DNA from: Octopus vulgaris
Taxonomy: Eukaryota
Direction: 5' to 3'
DNA length: 64,000 nt
Assembly (NCBI GenBank): GCA_951406725.2
Contig: OX597815.1
Location: 46,128,001 to 46,192,000 of the forward strand
The notes beneath the pieces are model-generated. The model was given only the letters and a program-made list of their open reading frames with translations. It did not search any database and was not told the DNA's origin. Made by a program: the position numbers and the translations under genes. Shown piece by piece: positions 14,861 to 30,224 of this stretch (its first letter is position 1; each line of letters starts with the position of its first letter).

Positions 14861-15100
14861 CCGCACAATTCTAGCAATATGGGAATTTTACTATACGGGC
14901 CGATGAACGAAGGTATGTAAAATAAGGGAGACTGTAACCACTGGTTGATAATGTGTCCAATCTGATGTAAAGAGAGAAAGCAAGTAATGAAAAAAGCGTC
15001 GCCCGATCCAGGAATCGGAGCCACAATCTTACGAGCATGAATTGTCGATGGACTATACTTTTCGGTTATAGTTGACTCGGTATTATAAAATATAGCGAGC

Positions 15101-15690
15101 AAAGCGGCGAGCTGGCAGAAACGTTAGCACGTAGGGCGAAATGCGTAGCCGTATTTCGTCTGCCGTTACGTTCTGAGTTCAAATTCCGCCGAGGTCGACT
15201 TTGCCTTTCATCCCTTTCGGGGTCGATAAATTAAGTATCAGTTACGCACTGGGGTCGATGTAATCGACTTAATTCGTTTGTCTGTCCTTGTTTGTTCCCT
15301 CTGTGTTTAGCCCCTTGTGGGTAGTAAAGAAATAGGTATTTCGTCTGTCTTTATGTTCTGAGTTCGAATTCCGCCGTGGTCGACTTTACCTTTCATCCTT
15401 TCGGAGGTCGATAAAATAAGTATCAGTTGAGCACTGGGGTCGATATAATCGACTTAATCCGTTTGTCTGTCCTTGCTTGTCCTCTCTGTGTTTAGCCCCT
15501 TGTGGGTAGTAAAGAAATAGGTATTACGCCAATCGGTAGTTCTGAGTTCAAATTTCGTCGAGGTCAACTTTGCCTTTCATCCTTTTGGAGGTTGATAAAA
15601 TAAGTACCAGTGGTGTACAAGGGTCGATGTAATCGATTTATTCCAACCCCCACAAAAATTTTAGGCCTTGTTTCTATAGTAGAAGGGAAT
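15101..15690 (+). mobile_element. SINE family B, three internal units
   Basis: Head AAAGCGGCGAGCTGGCAGAAACGTTAGCAC. Core CTTTCATCC occurs at ~15205, 15390 and 15575. Confidence 0.9.
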
Positions 15691-15815
15691 ATGACGTATA
15701 ATAAGTATCCTGGACATACAAGTCCGTTCATTGGGGATCTCGCTGTAGTGGTGAGATTTAGATCAAAGTTTAATATCTTGATACTTGTGCCCTTGTGAAT
15801 AGCGTATTAGTGAAT

Positions 15816-16075
15816 GCTCATGGCTTAGTGGTTAACGTATTCGTCTCACGGTCGTAAGGTCGTGAGTTCGATACCCGGCAGCACATTGCATTCTCGGGCA
15901 AGGCACTTTATTTCACGTTGCACGTTGCTCAGCAGGCAAAAATGAGCTGTACTTGTATTTCAAAGGGCCAGTCTTGTCACATTCTGTGTCACGCTTAGCC
16001 TACCTGAGAATTACGTTAGGGGTACGTGTGTCAGTGGTTTCCCACCCACTTACACGTTAATATTACGTGCAGGCT
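15816..16075 (+). mobile_element. tRNA-derived SINE (family D head)
   Basis: TGGCTTAGTGGTTA (A box), GAGTTCGATACCC (B box), then GGCAAGGCACTTTATTTCACGTTGC as at 29070-29100 (-). Confidence 0.75.
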
Positions 16076-16099
16076 GTAATTAATTAATACGAAATCTGT

Positions 16100-16645
16100 G
16101 CGTCGTTCGATTCTTCTCTGCAGCGACATCATTTGCTATCACTCCCCACATTACTCACAATAAGCATTGTGAAGATAATTTTGTCCCTATGGAGAACGGA
16201 GTAGAAGGCCCACCATATCCTTCATTGATGACTAATTGTTCTGTTCTTTATAATTTTGAATAGTCATAGATACACTTAAGCAGGTTTTCTTCTTGAATAA
16301 AAGCTCAAAGTTTCTATATTTCTCACAACGCTTCGTATTCGAATTTGGTGTCATGACATCCACAGGTTTAAATGAACGTCTTTCTTCCTATTGCTACACG
16401 TTTACTTATCCTTCAACTCTCCTCTCATCTCACATTTATCCTCACGACTCTTGATCACATAACACTTTCCTTCTCTTCTTGTTTCTCTTCTATCACTTCC
16501 TGTTTGTGTTCGAAGCGCCAGTAGTCCTGCGTTCCTAATCAGTCGCAGTCAGTTTTCTTGTTAATTAGAGGATGTAAAACACCCATCAATGTCTTTATTG
16601 TTAATTTCACACTGAAGAAAAATTCTGTACCAAAACGTCTGTTTT
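16100..16645 (+). mobile_element. Old Penelope-like 3' end (decayed GIY-YIG C-terminus, 3' UTR and degenerate hammerhead)
   Basis: Translates FVFEFGVMTSTGLNERLSS, resembling the PLE GIY-YIG ending FIFxLGTxxPxGLNExF. Downstream is aca-CTGAAGA...AAAC-GTC-tgt at 16609-16642. Confidence 0.45.
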
Positions 16646-16915
16646 TTCCGTAGGTCGTAGATACTTCAAAAAGTATCAAAATGAGGCGTTTTGTGCCTCA
16701 TCGTCCAGCAAACTTATTTCGACTTGACAATCTACACGGCTTATACTGTCTAGACTCGAATCATTCCTATCCTTTCCAACTCGTTGGCGAATGTGATGAA
16801 ATGATTTTTAATCTCATATGAATTATTATAAGAAAAAAAAAAATAACTCAACACTTCTAATACAGAAAATTATGTGTTGTATGTATGTATGTAAGATCTG
16901 CCATTCGTAAATCTA

Positions 16916-17026
<111 letters not shown>

Positions 17027-17132
17027 TTATCTGTCTATGTATGTATGTATGTATGTATGTATGTATCTATCTATCTATCTATCTATCTATCTAACCGTAT
17101 ATATATATCCACACACATATCCACACACATAT

Positions 17133-17204
<72 letters not shown>

Positions 17205-17967
17205 TTACATACATGCATGCATACATACACACATACATATATATATATATATATATGTATACACACACATACATACTTTCATATACATAATATACATGTG
17301 TGTGTGCGTGTGTGTGTACATATACCGAAACAACAAAAGTAAATAAGATACTTAAATCAATTGTTCCCTTATTCCAGAAATAAGTTTTGTTTTTTGTTGT
17401 TTTTGTGCTGCATTTAAATAACTGTTCTACAAACTATTCATCAGCTGCAACATCATGACGGAGGAATTTAGATATTGCAATATAAATATAATTTATTCAT
17501 CAAATTTATAAGAAAAGAAGGAAATCAGAGAGGCGTTTGGGTAACAAAAGCATCTATTTGTATATGTGCGCGTTTGTTTGTTTAGTATATGTAATATGTA
17601 TGTATGTGTGTGTGTTAGCGTCTGTATTTGTATGTGTATGTAACTGTATATGTATATACATATATTCTATATGCTGCTTGTATTTCACGTATTTGTATTT
17701 TTATCAGATTGTATTTTCGTAGATGTATGAATGTAACTACACACGCACACACACATACACACACACACACACACACGAACACACACACACGTATATATGT
17801 ATGTATTTATATGTGTGTGTGTATAGACATGGTATACATATGTGTCTACTATATATACATTCATACACACACACACACACACACATATATGGGGGTGTAT
17901 GTGTGGTGTATGTGTGTGTATGTGTGTAAATGCGTACGTATATCAATTTGTCTTTATACGAGTTATA

Positions 17968-18765
17968 ATTCTTTCTAATTTTTGGCACAAGGTCAGCAAT
18001 TCTGAGGGGTGTACGGACGTTGATTACATCAACCTCAGTTAATTACAGGTACTTATTTTATCAAACCCCGAAAAGATGAAATGCAAATTTGACGTCGACA
18101 TAATTCGAACTCAGAGCGTAAGGAGTTGAAACAAAGAAAGGGCGCTAAATATTTTGCCCGATGTGCAAACGATTCAGCTAGCTCGCCGTATTATGTCGAG
18201 TTATAATCATTTCTATTATAGGCCTGAAATTTTGTGGGAGGTGTAAGTCGATTACATCGATTCCAGTATTTAAACAGCATTTATTTTATCGACCCGAAAG
18301 GGTGTAAAGGCGTAGTCGACCTCAGTGGAATTTGAACTTTCAACGTAAAAGACGAAATGCCGCTAAGCATTTTGCCCGGTGTGCTAACGATTCTTTTCTA
18401 CTCTAGGCACAAGGACCGAAATTTTTGGGGAGGAGCAAGTCAAATAGTACTTAATTTATTGACCCCGAAAGGATGAAAGGCAAAATCGACCTCGGTGGAA
18501 TTTCAACTCAGAACATAAAGACAGACGAAATACCTATTTCTTTACTACCCACAAGGGATTAAACACAGAGAAGACAAATAAGGACAAACAAACGGACTAA
18601 GTCGATTATATCGACCCCAGTGCGTAACTGGTACTTAATTTATCGACCCCGAAAGGATGAAAGGTAAAGTCGACCTCGGCGGAATTTGAACTCAGAACGT
18701 AAAGACAGACGAAATACCGCTAAGCATTTCGCCCGGCGTGCTAACGATTCTGCCAGATTGCCGCT
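17968..18765 (-). mobile_element. Cluster of three head-to-tail family B SINEs
   Basis: Core motif at ~18065, 18295, 18465 and 18650. Heads end at ~18190, 18395 and 18765. Confidence 0.85.
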
Positions 18766-21161
18766 TTTAAGTCGAGTTATAATTAAACAATTTCACATCA
18801 AACTGATGGAGTACTCAAAAATATTTGTAGAGTATATGTTTGGTATACTTTTACAAGAGGAGAGATGGCAGCGACTTCGAAATGTTGGCCTGCTTAGCAT
18901 TCGACGTATAGTGCAACGAAGGCTAGCAGGTCAAAACTTCAGAGTTACTGTCACCCTATCTTGAAAAAGTATATGCGCCTACGTATATGCGTACATACAT
19001 ATGAATCTACGCCCTGCTCTAGTCTGTGATCCCTAGTTCTCCGTGCCTAGGCCATCAGCCCTCAGGGCTACCCTTGCTGCTCATACATTTCCTGCTGGTT
19101 TTGACTGACAAATGTTCAAGAGGAACATTAATGGCGTCAGTCTCATCGGTCTAAGAAGGCTTGGAAAAGTAATGCTCACTGCATATGTTTTCTTAATTCT
19201 TTTCAAGGAGTATGTTTCTGAAAATCTACTCCTTGACACTATTCCGGTTTTACACTCGTCTCTATTTATTATTCATATTGCTAAACCCATCAGCTAAACC
19301 ATGCAGGACAGAAACTTCTCACGAATCTTTTTTTTTTGTGACGAAACCTCTACGTGGTTAATTAGCTTGCTAGAAATAGCAGACAAATCTCATTGAAAAC
19401 ACACATTAACTACCATAAAATAAAGTATGCTTCGAATAATGCAGACCGAGACAATGTGACTGAGAAAATAAAGAGTAGATGGTCCCAACATGAAGGCTTC
19501 GATAATTTGTCTGAGTATGTAAGGGGTTATAATTAAATGATTGTCAAGATAGGGTGAGTGGGATACTATAGTAACAACTGTCGTATTATTGAAGCAAACA
19601 ATACAGCAGAAATAAATTTATTGCCATCTATAAATTCTAAGATTCTGCTGTTTGATTCGTTTGTCTCGTTGCAATTTCATGTAACATCAACAGCTGGATC
19701 GAATTTATCAAGTTGTATATATACAATCCATTTACTCTGTTGAGTACTTAGTAATCACATCATCAATTAAATAGTCAATGATAAGTATCGATCGAGCTGT
19801 GCAGATTTCACCACGCATTAAGAAGTAAAACACTCGGTGAATTGATTCCTGAATCTGTTTCGTGTCTCAGTTGCAACTATTTTACCACATTTTTGGAACT
19901 AATTTGTTTGGAAATGCATGAACACCAAAACACCGCTAACTGGGGGTGGTGTAAACAATATTTCTCTTAAATTCTGGGTTGTTCACTACATATAGGGATA
20001 TTTAATCTCAGAAAATCTCAAAACAAATGCTGATTCAGATCAGCCTCAGTTTGCTATAAATATCTCTGTGGTTCAGATCTAGTTAAAATTTCACTTCACT
20101 TAACTTTGCAATTGTTTTCTTTTTCTGGGATCAATAAAATAAATAAAATCTTAATTTATTTCACTGTACTCGAATTCTAGAGAAGTTACTCTGGTATACA
20201 AATTCAAAACTTATATACAGCCATGATAGTGCACCTTCTTCTTTATTATAATCGAGAAAGCTGCTTATTAATTAGGTATGTAGCGGTTACTAAAAGAAAG
20301 CAATCATTAAAGGCTTGACCGTCTGGAAATATTTCTATATTACAATTTTTTTCATAAATTCATGTCCCATGAAATTTCCTGTAATTTCGATTTCTGAACT
20401 TTATTGAATATTTGAACTAGAAGTTTTTCACTAATTTAAATATTCGTTGCATTCACTGCGGAGTAGATTTTGACTCGTTGCAGGCAAAATTTTCCGTTTT
20501 CATTTGCAACAGTCTCTCACTCTCTCTGACCTCTATTTTCATTAATGATATATATTAAAATATATATTCATTTCAATGTTTGTTTTCATTTCAAGTTTTA
20601 ATTCTCTAATAGTAAAATTCACAGTTTATTCTAAATACATAATATAAAAAAAAATTATTGATTGAATTTGACAAAATAGCTGTATAACTTTGAGTCTTCC
20701 ATGATATAGTATACAGGAATAATTAAAAAAAAACAGGAGTAATTTTGTTGGTATGGCTGTTTGGAACGCTATAAGTCCTACAATAATAACAATGTGATCG
20801 CTGCTATTTCTTGTACGCTAAACGTGCATGGGTTTCCTTGAAGTTTCTAACTACGATAAATTATTGAAAGAAATATTTACTAAGCGAGTGAGATTTTTTA
20901 TAAATTGAAGTTTTCAGGAAAATTTACTTTCTGAATTTCTTTTTATTATTGAATATTTCAAGTTCAGAAATTTAAATATTCGGTACAAGATAGTTTTGCG
21001 TTCTTTCGCTTGAATCAGCACACTTCGTTAATTTTATTTATTTATTTATTTATTTATTGTGCGTGTTCAACTCTATGTATAGTCAGTCGCACAGGCACAC
21101 ATGTGTTTTTGTATGTACGTGTGTATACATTTATGCATGTGTGTATGTGCGTGTGTGCGAT

Positions 21162-21202
<41 letters not shown>

Positions 21203-21284
21203 ATACATCGTTTTCGTATGTATGTGAGCATGTACGTGTGTGAGACAGTAAGAGAGAGAGAGATAGGTGATGTCTAAATGGCAC

Positions 21285-21334
<50 letters not shown>

Positions 21335-22699
21335 GTCCATTTCATATACACGGACATACATTTTCGATTTACTCTTCTCTCTCATTATAAAACAAAAGTA
21401 AATAAATATAAAAAAATTACAGACATTAACAAACAAAACCAGCTGTTCATTTTGGCATTTTTGAGGGTTCAACTCAAAGAATGGAGATATTTTTTAACGA
21501 GCTTTTATTTATGCAATTTTTTCATTTCATGTTTATTTCATTCATTGTTTGCAATGTTCTTCCCCACACACTGTTTCTGTAATATAAACATACGCACTGT
21601 CTCTGTAATATAAACACACATACATACACTCAAGGTTTGACTAGCAGAAAACCGCCCGGAGGGCAGTCTTTCTGCTAGTATAAAAAATAGTTGGATATAA
21701 ATAGGTACATACGGCCATTTGAAAATTTATTTTCAAACGCAGAATAAAGCTGTAAGAACAGTTCTTCACATTGATCAACAATTGGAGAAAACATTCCAAT
21801 CATACATGAGGTTGTCAAGGTTAGAAAAGTGGGAAGTAGCACTAGTTGAATGAATCGCTTCAGAAAATATCGGAGGAATAGTCTCCAACACAGCACATCA
21901 AGCTTCATGAATTATTAATCAATAGGACCGCTGAGATGTAGTCAACATTACTACGTACAAGAACAAGAAGGAAAAGTCTAATTGCTTTAACCATCTATTA
22001 TCTAAGTGGGTGGGAACGTCACCAACTTAAGAGTTCATCCAGTTATGTTGTGGGCATTGGCTCGGAAACAGGTGGTGTATGGGGTGTAGGGGTGCAGGGG
22101 GTTCAGGGACTGCAAGGGGGTTCAGGGTGGTGCAAGTTCAGCCCCTAAATTGCTTTTCTTTTCGTGGGGGTGTAATGAAAACACTTTGAAAATCGTCATA
22201 AAAATCTCGGTTTGTATCACCTAAGCAAATTTCTTTCCCGCACTTATAGTTGTGGGTTGCGATGAGCTGCTGAGTCTTGGAAAGCATGTTATGCTCCAAC
22301 TACCGGAGATATCTTTCTATTTTAGGAAAAATCCTCGCAAGAATACTCTAAAGCATACTGATGATCATCATTGCAGGAGAACACTCCCTGAGAACTAATG
22401 TGAATTCAGGGCCATCAAGAGCATCACTGAATGGTATTAGTTCTCTAGAAGCTCCAAGAGAAGTACGCGTGATATCTACAAGCCTTATAAAAGCGTTCGT
22501 CACTGTGATCAGTAACGGTTTGTGGAAAACCAGAGAATGATTGGGAGGCCTTTCATAATTCTTCAATATGGTCATTTAGTAACATGACGATCAGAGAGCC
22601 AAATCAGAATCAACAATGAACACTCAAAGCCCTTTCTAATATGAAACTGTACGAAGTGGTCTGCGTTTTCGTGCTTAATTTATCTCATTTTCAGTATGA

Positions 22700-23029
22700 T
22701 GCTTCAAAGAAAGCCTTGATGCGATGGTAGAGTTTTAGATCTGATACCTCATCAAAGACTACCAAATCAAGTCAAGGTAACTGCAGTTCCACACTAAGAT
22801 AGTGAAATAATTTATTCAGGAGCTGCAATGGGACGATGAAGCTGCACTTGCTCTCCATACAGAATTATCCTTGTAGTTTATGATTTTCCAGTTTGCAGAA
22901 GGAGTAAAGTTCTTCGGACTGAAAATCAGTTTGAATAAATATGACAGAAATATCACTAGTCTTGACTTCATAAAGATTACCACCCTCCTTACATTCGGTA
23001 TGTGTGTATGTTTGTGTGTTTGTTTGTGT

Positions 23030-23080
<51 letters not shown>

Positions 23081-23500
23081 CAAGAGAGACAGAGATAAAG
23101 AGAGAGAGAGGAAGAGCACGAGGGACAGATAGAGAGAACTGAAGATAGTTCACAATTCACTGACTTGAGATGCATTATCATGTCAAATGACAAGATCGAC
23201 TAGGAAGTTTGTGAATAGACTGTTAAAGGCAAAGAAAATACATTTGACAAACTGCACAAAAGGGTCCGGAGCGGCAATCAACTAAGCGCGAGGAGAAGAA
23301 TAAAGATCAGCGTGTATAGAACTATTGCTGTGGGCGCTCTACTGAAAGTGAGTGCTCTACTGTAACTCTCACCACTTACGTATCCTTCAGCACGTCTACT
23401 AAAGACATCTGAAACCGCAGTAACGAACTCAGAACAGAACTTCTTTAGGTGACTATTGAAACAGAACCCCTTATTCCCGTAGGCCATCATTACAAGCCAG
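22700..23500 (+). mobile_element. Highly decayed RTE-clade LINE reverse-transcriptase fragment
   Basis: Translates IQELQWDDEAALALHTE...FAEGVKFFGLKISLNK and RIKISVYRTIAV, matching RTE ELLFADDAAL...FGLxISLKKT and TKIxVYRAIV. Split by (GT)n(GA)n. Confidence 0.6.
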
Positions 23501-24098
23501 CCTACAACTAACGTGAACAGACATTTACATGAATTTTAGTTCCCAAGACTAAAACCCGGTGATTTGAGTGTGTTTATGTACATATAACTGAACATGGAAG
23601 TTTTCTTCTACATACAGATACATTTATACTATACAAGTATACGCAGTCGCATACACACATGCATACCTACACTCCCATACGTAGTACATATATATTTATA
23701 TATTGATATATACATGCATTCATACATGCCTGCATTCATACACATACATCTACTTACAACGTAGTTAACAATCATGGCGTCTTCCAGATTCAATTCAAAA
23801 TACTTCTCTTCGTCCACCTCCACACATGCTGCACCCCCTTCTTTTCTGTGACCTCCCTCCTCATCCTCCACCTCCTCTTTCCCATTCCCATTCCGGACAA
23901 GATCGCTCCTCTCTTTGTCTACATTTTCTATTGAAACTTCCAAGTGATCAACTAAGAATCGCTCCACTTCTGCCAAAACCTATTTACATGACTGGATATT
24001 CTTATCTTGCCTACCTGTTTTATACAGTTAATATATATAAGAAATAATATAAAGCAGAAGAGGAAATGGATGGGTAGCAGAAGAAAATGTTTCCATAC

Positions 24099-24148
<50 letters not shown>

Positions 24149-24273
24149 TAATAAATAATAATGATAATAATAGATGATAACGATGATGATGGTGATGATG
24201 ATGATGGTGGTGGTGGTGGTGGTGGTGATGATGATGATAATGGTGATGGTGAAGACGATGATGATGCTGAAGA

Positions 24274-24337
<64 letters not shown>

Positions 24338-24348
24338 TGATGATGATG

Positions 24349-24410
<62 letters not shown>

Positions 24411-24501
24411 TTCTTTATTGCCACAGGGCCGACAAACGGGGGACATTGCTATAGTAATAAAAATATTCATGACGATAATAATAATGACTACAATGATGAT
24501 G

Positions 24502-24533
<32 letters not shown>

Positions 24534-24620
24534 GATGACGATTACGGCGACGACGACGACGACAACGACGATGGTAGTGACGAGGAGGGGCAGTAGAGCG
24601 ACGAATACAACGACGACAAC
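24099..24620. repeat. Compound trinucleotide microsatellite (AAT/GAT/GGT/GAC)n
   Basis: Directly visible. It is the source of the poly-N/I/M/D ORFs. Confidence 0.95.
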
Positions 24621-25299
24621 GATGAAAGCGCTGCTGTTCATGTTGATAATAAATAAGTAAATGCGAATTTCTCATCAATCTTTCAAGCCTAAGGCCAATG
24701 AAATCATTGTGAAGAGGGCAAAAAGGCGCAAGTATTCATATATGTCTGTCGATATTTCTATAAATTCACTTGATAGTCAAGAAGTGTATGGTCAATAATA
24801 CCACGAGTTGGATATTACGGCACAGCCTTATTTTTTTTCATTTTTCGTTTGCTTTTTTTTTTTATTTAACGTTTTCAACTATGGTGGAACAAAAGCTGCT
24901 TCCAATATACTCTCACACACACAGATACAGATACAAACAGAGACATGTAGTCGTATAAACAGACACTGGTAATGCACAACGTACGTATATACACCAACAT
25001 AGCTACATATTTAGTTATGTCCACGTAGATTGACATATGAATATGAACATGCATACACATACATAGACAAAAGTATATATATATATATTTATGTATGTAT
25101 GTGGCACTGAGGCTACTCAGTATTACTACTCGGAGTTTCAGTTAAGCCCATAATCGCATAACTCTGAGTAGAACTAGAAAGTTATATCATCACTACTAAA
25201 TATATGTATTGTATATTTTTTTTATTGAATACTATTTACCCCTCTTTGTAAACTCAGATGTATGCTCTATGTATGTGTGCGTCGATAAATAGATAGATA

Positions 25300-25435
<136 letters not shown>

Positions 25436-25496
25436 AATGTATATATATATACGTATGTCTGTGAATATATATAAATGTGTATGAACATATATACTT

Positions 25497-25558
<62 letters not shown>

Positions 25559-25622
25559 TATATGTATGCTGATATATAGGAATATATACTTACATATCTA
25601 CATACAGATATGTATACAAACA

Positions 25623-25671
<49 letters not shown>

Positions 25672-26212
25672 ATATATATATACATATAAATATATAAACA
25701 TACTTATATGTATACATATACACATACATATATGTATACATATACACATACATACATATGTATATGCATATATACATACATGCATATATGTTGGAGTCAG
25801 ACAAATCAGTATAAATCACTCCAGTCTTTTACAAACCAACAAAAAATATATAGACCCATTTAAACTATTTCATATCTTCTGTCCATTCAGAAACTTTTCC
25901 TTTAGCTTTTTCCCTCTCCCAAATCCTACTCCATTTCATTTCTAATTTATCTGTCTCGATATCTTTCATATACATCCCATTCCTCCAGCATACATACTGT
26001 GTGTCCATAACTGGAGCTGGACTGAACTTGGCCAAACTGTAAGTATCATATTCTATAACTTGTCTGTTACTGTCTGCCAGTGGTATGGTGATTTAGTTAA
26101 CCTCAACGTCTACAATTCTAAACCAAACATATGCTGGTCAGCTGTATGCCATTATATATTCCAGTTACGCATATAAACTCTCTATTGCTCTGTGTGCGTA
26201 TGTGCGTGTGTG

Positions 26213-26294
<82 letters not shown>

Positions 26295-26386
26295 CATATA
26301 TACATATATACATACATGCATACATACACACATATAAACATATATATATATATAGATTATATATATATATATATATATATATACAA

Positions 26387-26493
<107 letters not shown>

Positions 26494-26587
26494 TACATGG
26501 TGTTCATGCTAAGTTTGATAATTTGTCTAAAAAGAAAAGGAAACACGATATCCCATTCAAAAAGAATATTTTAAGAGTAAAAACATA

Positions 26588-26788
26588 TTCTTTTCTACTC
26601 TAGGCGCAAAGCTCAAAATTTTTGGGGAGGAGGCAGTCGATTAGATCGACTCCAGTACGCAACTGGTACGCAACTGGTACTTACTTTATCGACCTTCGCA
26701 GAATTTGAACTCAGAACGTAAAGATAGACGAAATACCGCTAAGCCTTTTTGCCCTGCTTGCTAACGATTCTGCCAGCTCGCCGCCTTA
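26588..26788 (-). mobile_element. SINE family B, single unit, internally deleted
   Basis: GAATTTGAACTCAGAACGTAAAG...CTGCCAGCTCGCCGCCTT. Confidence 0.8.
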
Positions 26789-26799
26789 GAGTTTAAAAT

Positions 26800-27000
26800 G
26801 TTTACTGGATTATGAGTGGGAGAAAACAGTTTGCTCAAAGTAGCCACCCTCGGCTTCTGCCACGACCTGAGACGGCTCCGGGAACTGATGCATGCGTTGC
26901 TCACTGTATCCCTAGGAAGATCTTAGCCACAAGCTCAACATTGGTGCTGCTGCTGCCTTTCACAACTGCGCCTCTATGGTGACATTAATCACCATTAGTT
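26800..27000 (-). mobile_element. Tc1/mariner transposase C-terminal remnant
   Basis: Minus strand gives ...SQVVAEAEGGYFEQ, resembling the Tc1/mariner ending (V/C)xxxEGGYFE. Confidence 0.5.
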
Positions 27001-27137
27001 ACTATCCTACACAGATGAAAGCTATAATTTGTCTAAAATACATGTAAATTTAAACACACACACAAACACACATATATATTATGAGCGTAGTATAGGTATA
27101 TGCGACTGCGAGTGTTTATACATATGTATGTATATTC

Positions 27138-27171
<34 letters not shown>

Positions 27172-27173
27172 GA

Positions 27174-27263
<90 letters not shown>

Positions 27264-27668
27264 ATATATATATATATATATGTATCCATCTGTCTGTCTG
27301 CAGGTATATGTGTATATATGCACCTTCCTTTGCTTATGTGAATGCATTTTTATAAAACAATGAATTGTCTTAAACTTACGCGCGATATCAAATGAAAGCA
27401 TTAAGCATTCGGTCTATTTGCGTATTGTAAATATACTCAATTGAACTGATACCAAAATATTCATTTCGTTGATCATGCCTTCAAGTCATGGTATCTAAGG
27501 AAGCGAATGGACTACAAAAATATTATTACCTATTTCCATATGTTATCACACGAAATACACAACATTATACGGATTGCATAACATTGTATGAGATGTGAAA
27601 TAAGACATCGTCCGTTTACAGAAACAATTGTAATGTTAAGTTGACTCCTCCTTCTCTCATTTAAATAT

Positions 27669-27961
27669 ATCACGTGATCACGTGACCGACCAGACCATCA
27701 GATGTTGCTACACATCGCTGGTCACAATGCGTTCGCATTGTTTTAGCCTTCGAATGACGCCATCCCGCTGACTAAGCGAGCAGGCCAACAGAAGAAAGAG
27801 TGGTGAAAGAGTACAGCAGGGATCACCACCACCTGCCGGAGCCTCTAGGAACTTTTAGGTGTTTTCGCTCAATAAACACTCACAACGCCCGGTCTGGGAA
27901 TCGAAACCGCGATCCTACGACTGCGAGTCCGCTGCCCTAACCACTGGGCCATTGCGCCTCC

Positions 27962-27962
<1 letters not shown>
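27669..27962 (-). mobile_element. tRNA(Arg-like)-derived SINE, family A, full length
   Basis: A and B boxes, anticodon-like GACTCGCAG (TCG), and a tail ending (CACGTGAT)2. Confidence 0.85.
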
Positions 27963-28012
<50 letters not shown>

Positions 28013-28271
28013 ATATAACTCAACTCATCATGTCCATGTCGTTATTATTATTATCGATATTATCATTATTCCATCAATTTCGCCTCTTTAGGTGAGTATA
28101 TACATCAATACACTTTCTGTTATGCATATTTTTGTATAAGCTCTATGGATATTACGGAATTATAGATATATATTCAGTTATATGATCTATCTCACTGTAT
28201 GATGGCATTTGTTAGCCGATACCTGTAGACGAGCTTTATAAAACAAACAACAAGTTTTATACTCATATTTA

Positions 28272-28327
<56 letters not shown>

Positions 28328-28330
<3 letters not shown>

Positions 28331-28702
28331 AAATAGAAAGATGAATAATCTTGTAGCAGATTAATCAAAAGTTTAACCGATACCTTGGTAGCAAAAATCA
28401 CAACAGAAGACAGCACGGTTGGAGGTACAACCATATGGTGTTGCAACCGTGCGTTGGTGCGGATAATTGAATTTTAATATTATTAGTGAATTGAAGAAAT
28501 GGAGCTGAACGACGATTGAACAGAAATCGTTTTATTTCATTCTACACGTGTTTCGAAAGGCACAATTTACCAAAATCCGATTGAATAATGAGACCATATT
28601 GTGTCTTTCTCTTCAGGAAGAAATAGGAAATCCGTTGGAAAAAACAAAAACAGAACAGAGGCGGAGCAAAACAAATCGAACATTCAGCTCCATTTCTTCA
28701 AT

Positions 28703-28708
<6 letters not shown>
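28328..28708 (-). mobile_element. PLE-type asymmetric palindromic insert in (TA)n
   Basis: 26-bp arms at 28484-28509 and 28683-28708, a long left extension, and an internal hammerhead. Confidence 0.7.
28534..28624 (-). ncRNA. Type-I hammerhead ribozyme, canonical core
   Basis: Reads atttcttc-CTGAAGA-gaaagacacaat...attgtgcctttc-GAAAC-acgt-GTA-gaatgaaat. All core nucleotides are present, stem II pairs 11/12, and stem III is the palindrome ACACGTGT. Confidence 0.75.
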
Positions 28709-28749
<41 letters not shown>

Positions 28750-28855
28750 TTGTGTGTGTGTGCGTGTGTATTTTATATATCTAGCACAAGCAGTTTTATT
28801 TGTTTATTTGCATCGTTATCCCCACCACACTCTCTCTCAATTTATATATATATAA

Positions 28856-29350
<495 letters not shown>

Positions 29351-29542
29351 TAAGTAATTAAGGGTTTAGCAAACGAATTGCCTCACCAACACACCGAATT
29401 TAGAAATAGCAGTCAAAGAGATATAGCTATTCCTTCTACTAAAAGGGGGATCTCAGCAAAAACACAGCACTTAAAAAGCAAACACAGACAGGTAAGAAAG
29501 AAAGAATGAAATGACGGCAATCCATCATGCAATTTTAAGTTA

Positions 29543-29634
29543 CCTACGGACGTACGTTTCGAGATCAAGTTTTAGGATATCATAAGAATTAGAAAATTCT
29601 ACTTTACCCAGACTTCTTCTCTCATCGGCGCAGG
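29543..29634 (-). ncRNA. Type-I hammerhead motif, core CCGAUGA (U4C)
   Basis: Reads cctgcg-CCGATGA-gaga...tctc-GAAAC-gtac-GTC-cgtagg. Stem I is 6 bp and stem III is the palindrome ACGTACGT. Confidence 0.7.
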
Positions 29635-30132
29635 ATACTACAATTGTGAATAATTGTATATTAAATTTTGAGATACTAGAATGCGTCATCTCAACTCAGT
29701 GTCAGAGCGAGCCAAAGCATGACCAGTACCACGAAATTCAAAGTTTGAATGAAAGTTTGTGTCACCAGCCCCCTTCCACCCGCGTGTAGCCAAGATAAAA
29801 TGGTGTGGTCATTTACTGGGATAAAATATGGTTATCAGTAATAATAAAAGGGTGAAATTAATTAATTAGGGATAATTATCAATTACACCAAGTAGATTTC
29901 GGTATGTAAAAGCCCAATTCGAGGAAAATTTAAGTAATACTAAGTAATTAAGGGTTTAGCAAACGAATTGCCTCACCAACACACCGAATTTAGAAATAGC
30001 AGTCAAAGAGATATAGCTATTCCTTCTACTAAAAGGGGGATCTCAGCAAAAACACAGCACTTAAAAGGCAAACACAGACAGGTAAGAAAGAAAGAATGAA
30101 ATGACGGCAATCCATCATGCAATTTTAAGTTA

Positions 30133-30224
30133 CCTACAGACGTACGTTTCGAGATCAAGTTTTAGGATATCATAAGAATTAGAAAATTCTACTTTACCCA
30201 GACTTCTTCTCTCATCGGCGCAGG
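30133..30224 (-). ncRNA. Second tandem copy of the CCGAUGA hammerhead
   Basis: Same as 29543-29634 except one change that turns a stem I G-C pair into G-U. Confidence 0.7.

Noticed and set aside
21700-22580. Possible hAT dimerisation-domain remnants (MNRFRKYRRNSL...GP; RTSL...LDGPE)
   Set aside because: Too degenerate to assign without a profile search.
27890-27962. Possible tRNA genes at SINE heads (also 29105-29181, 59324-59400, 61665-61735)
   Set aside because: A and B boxes are present, but they continue into repeated SINE bodies and lack a clean acceptor stem.
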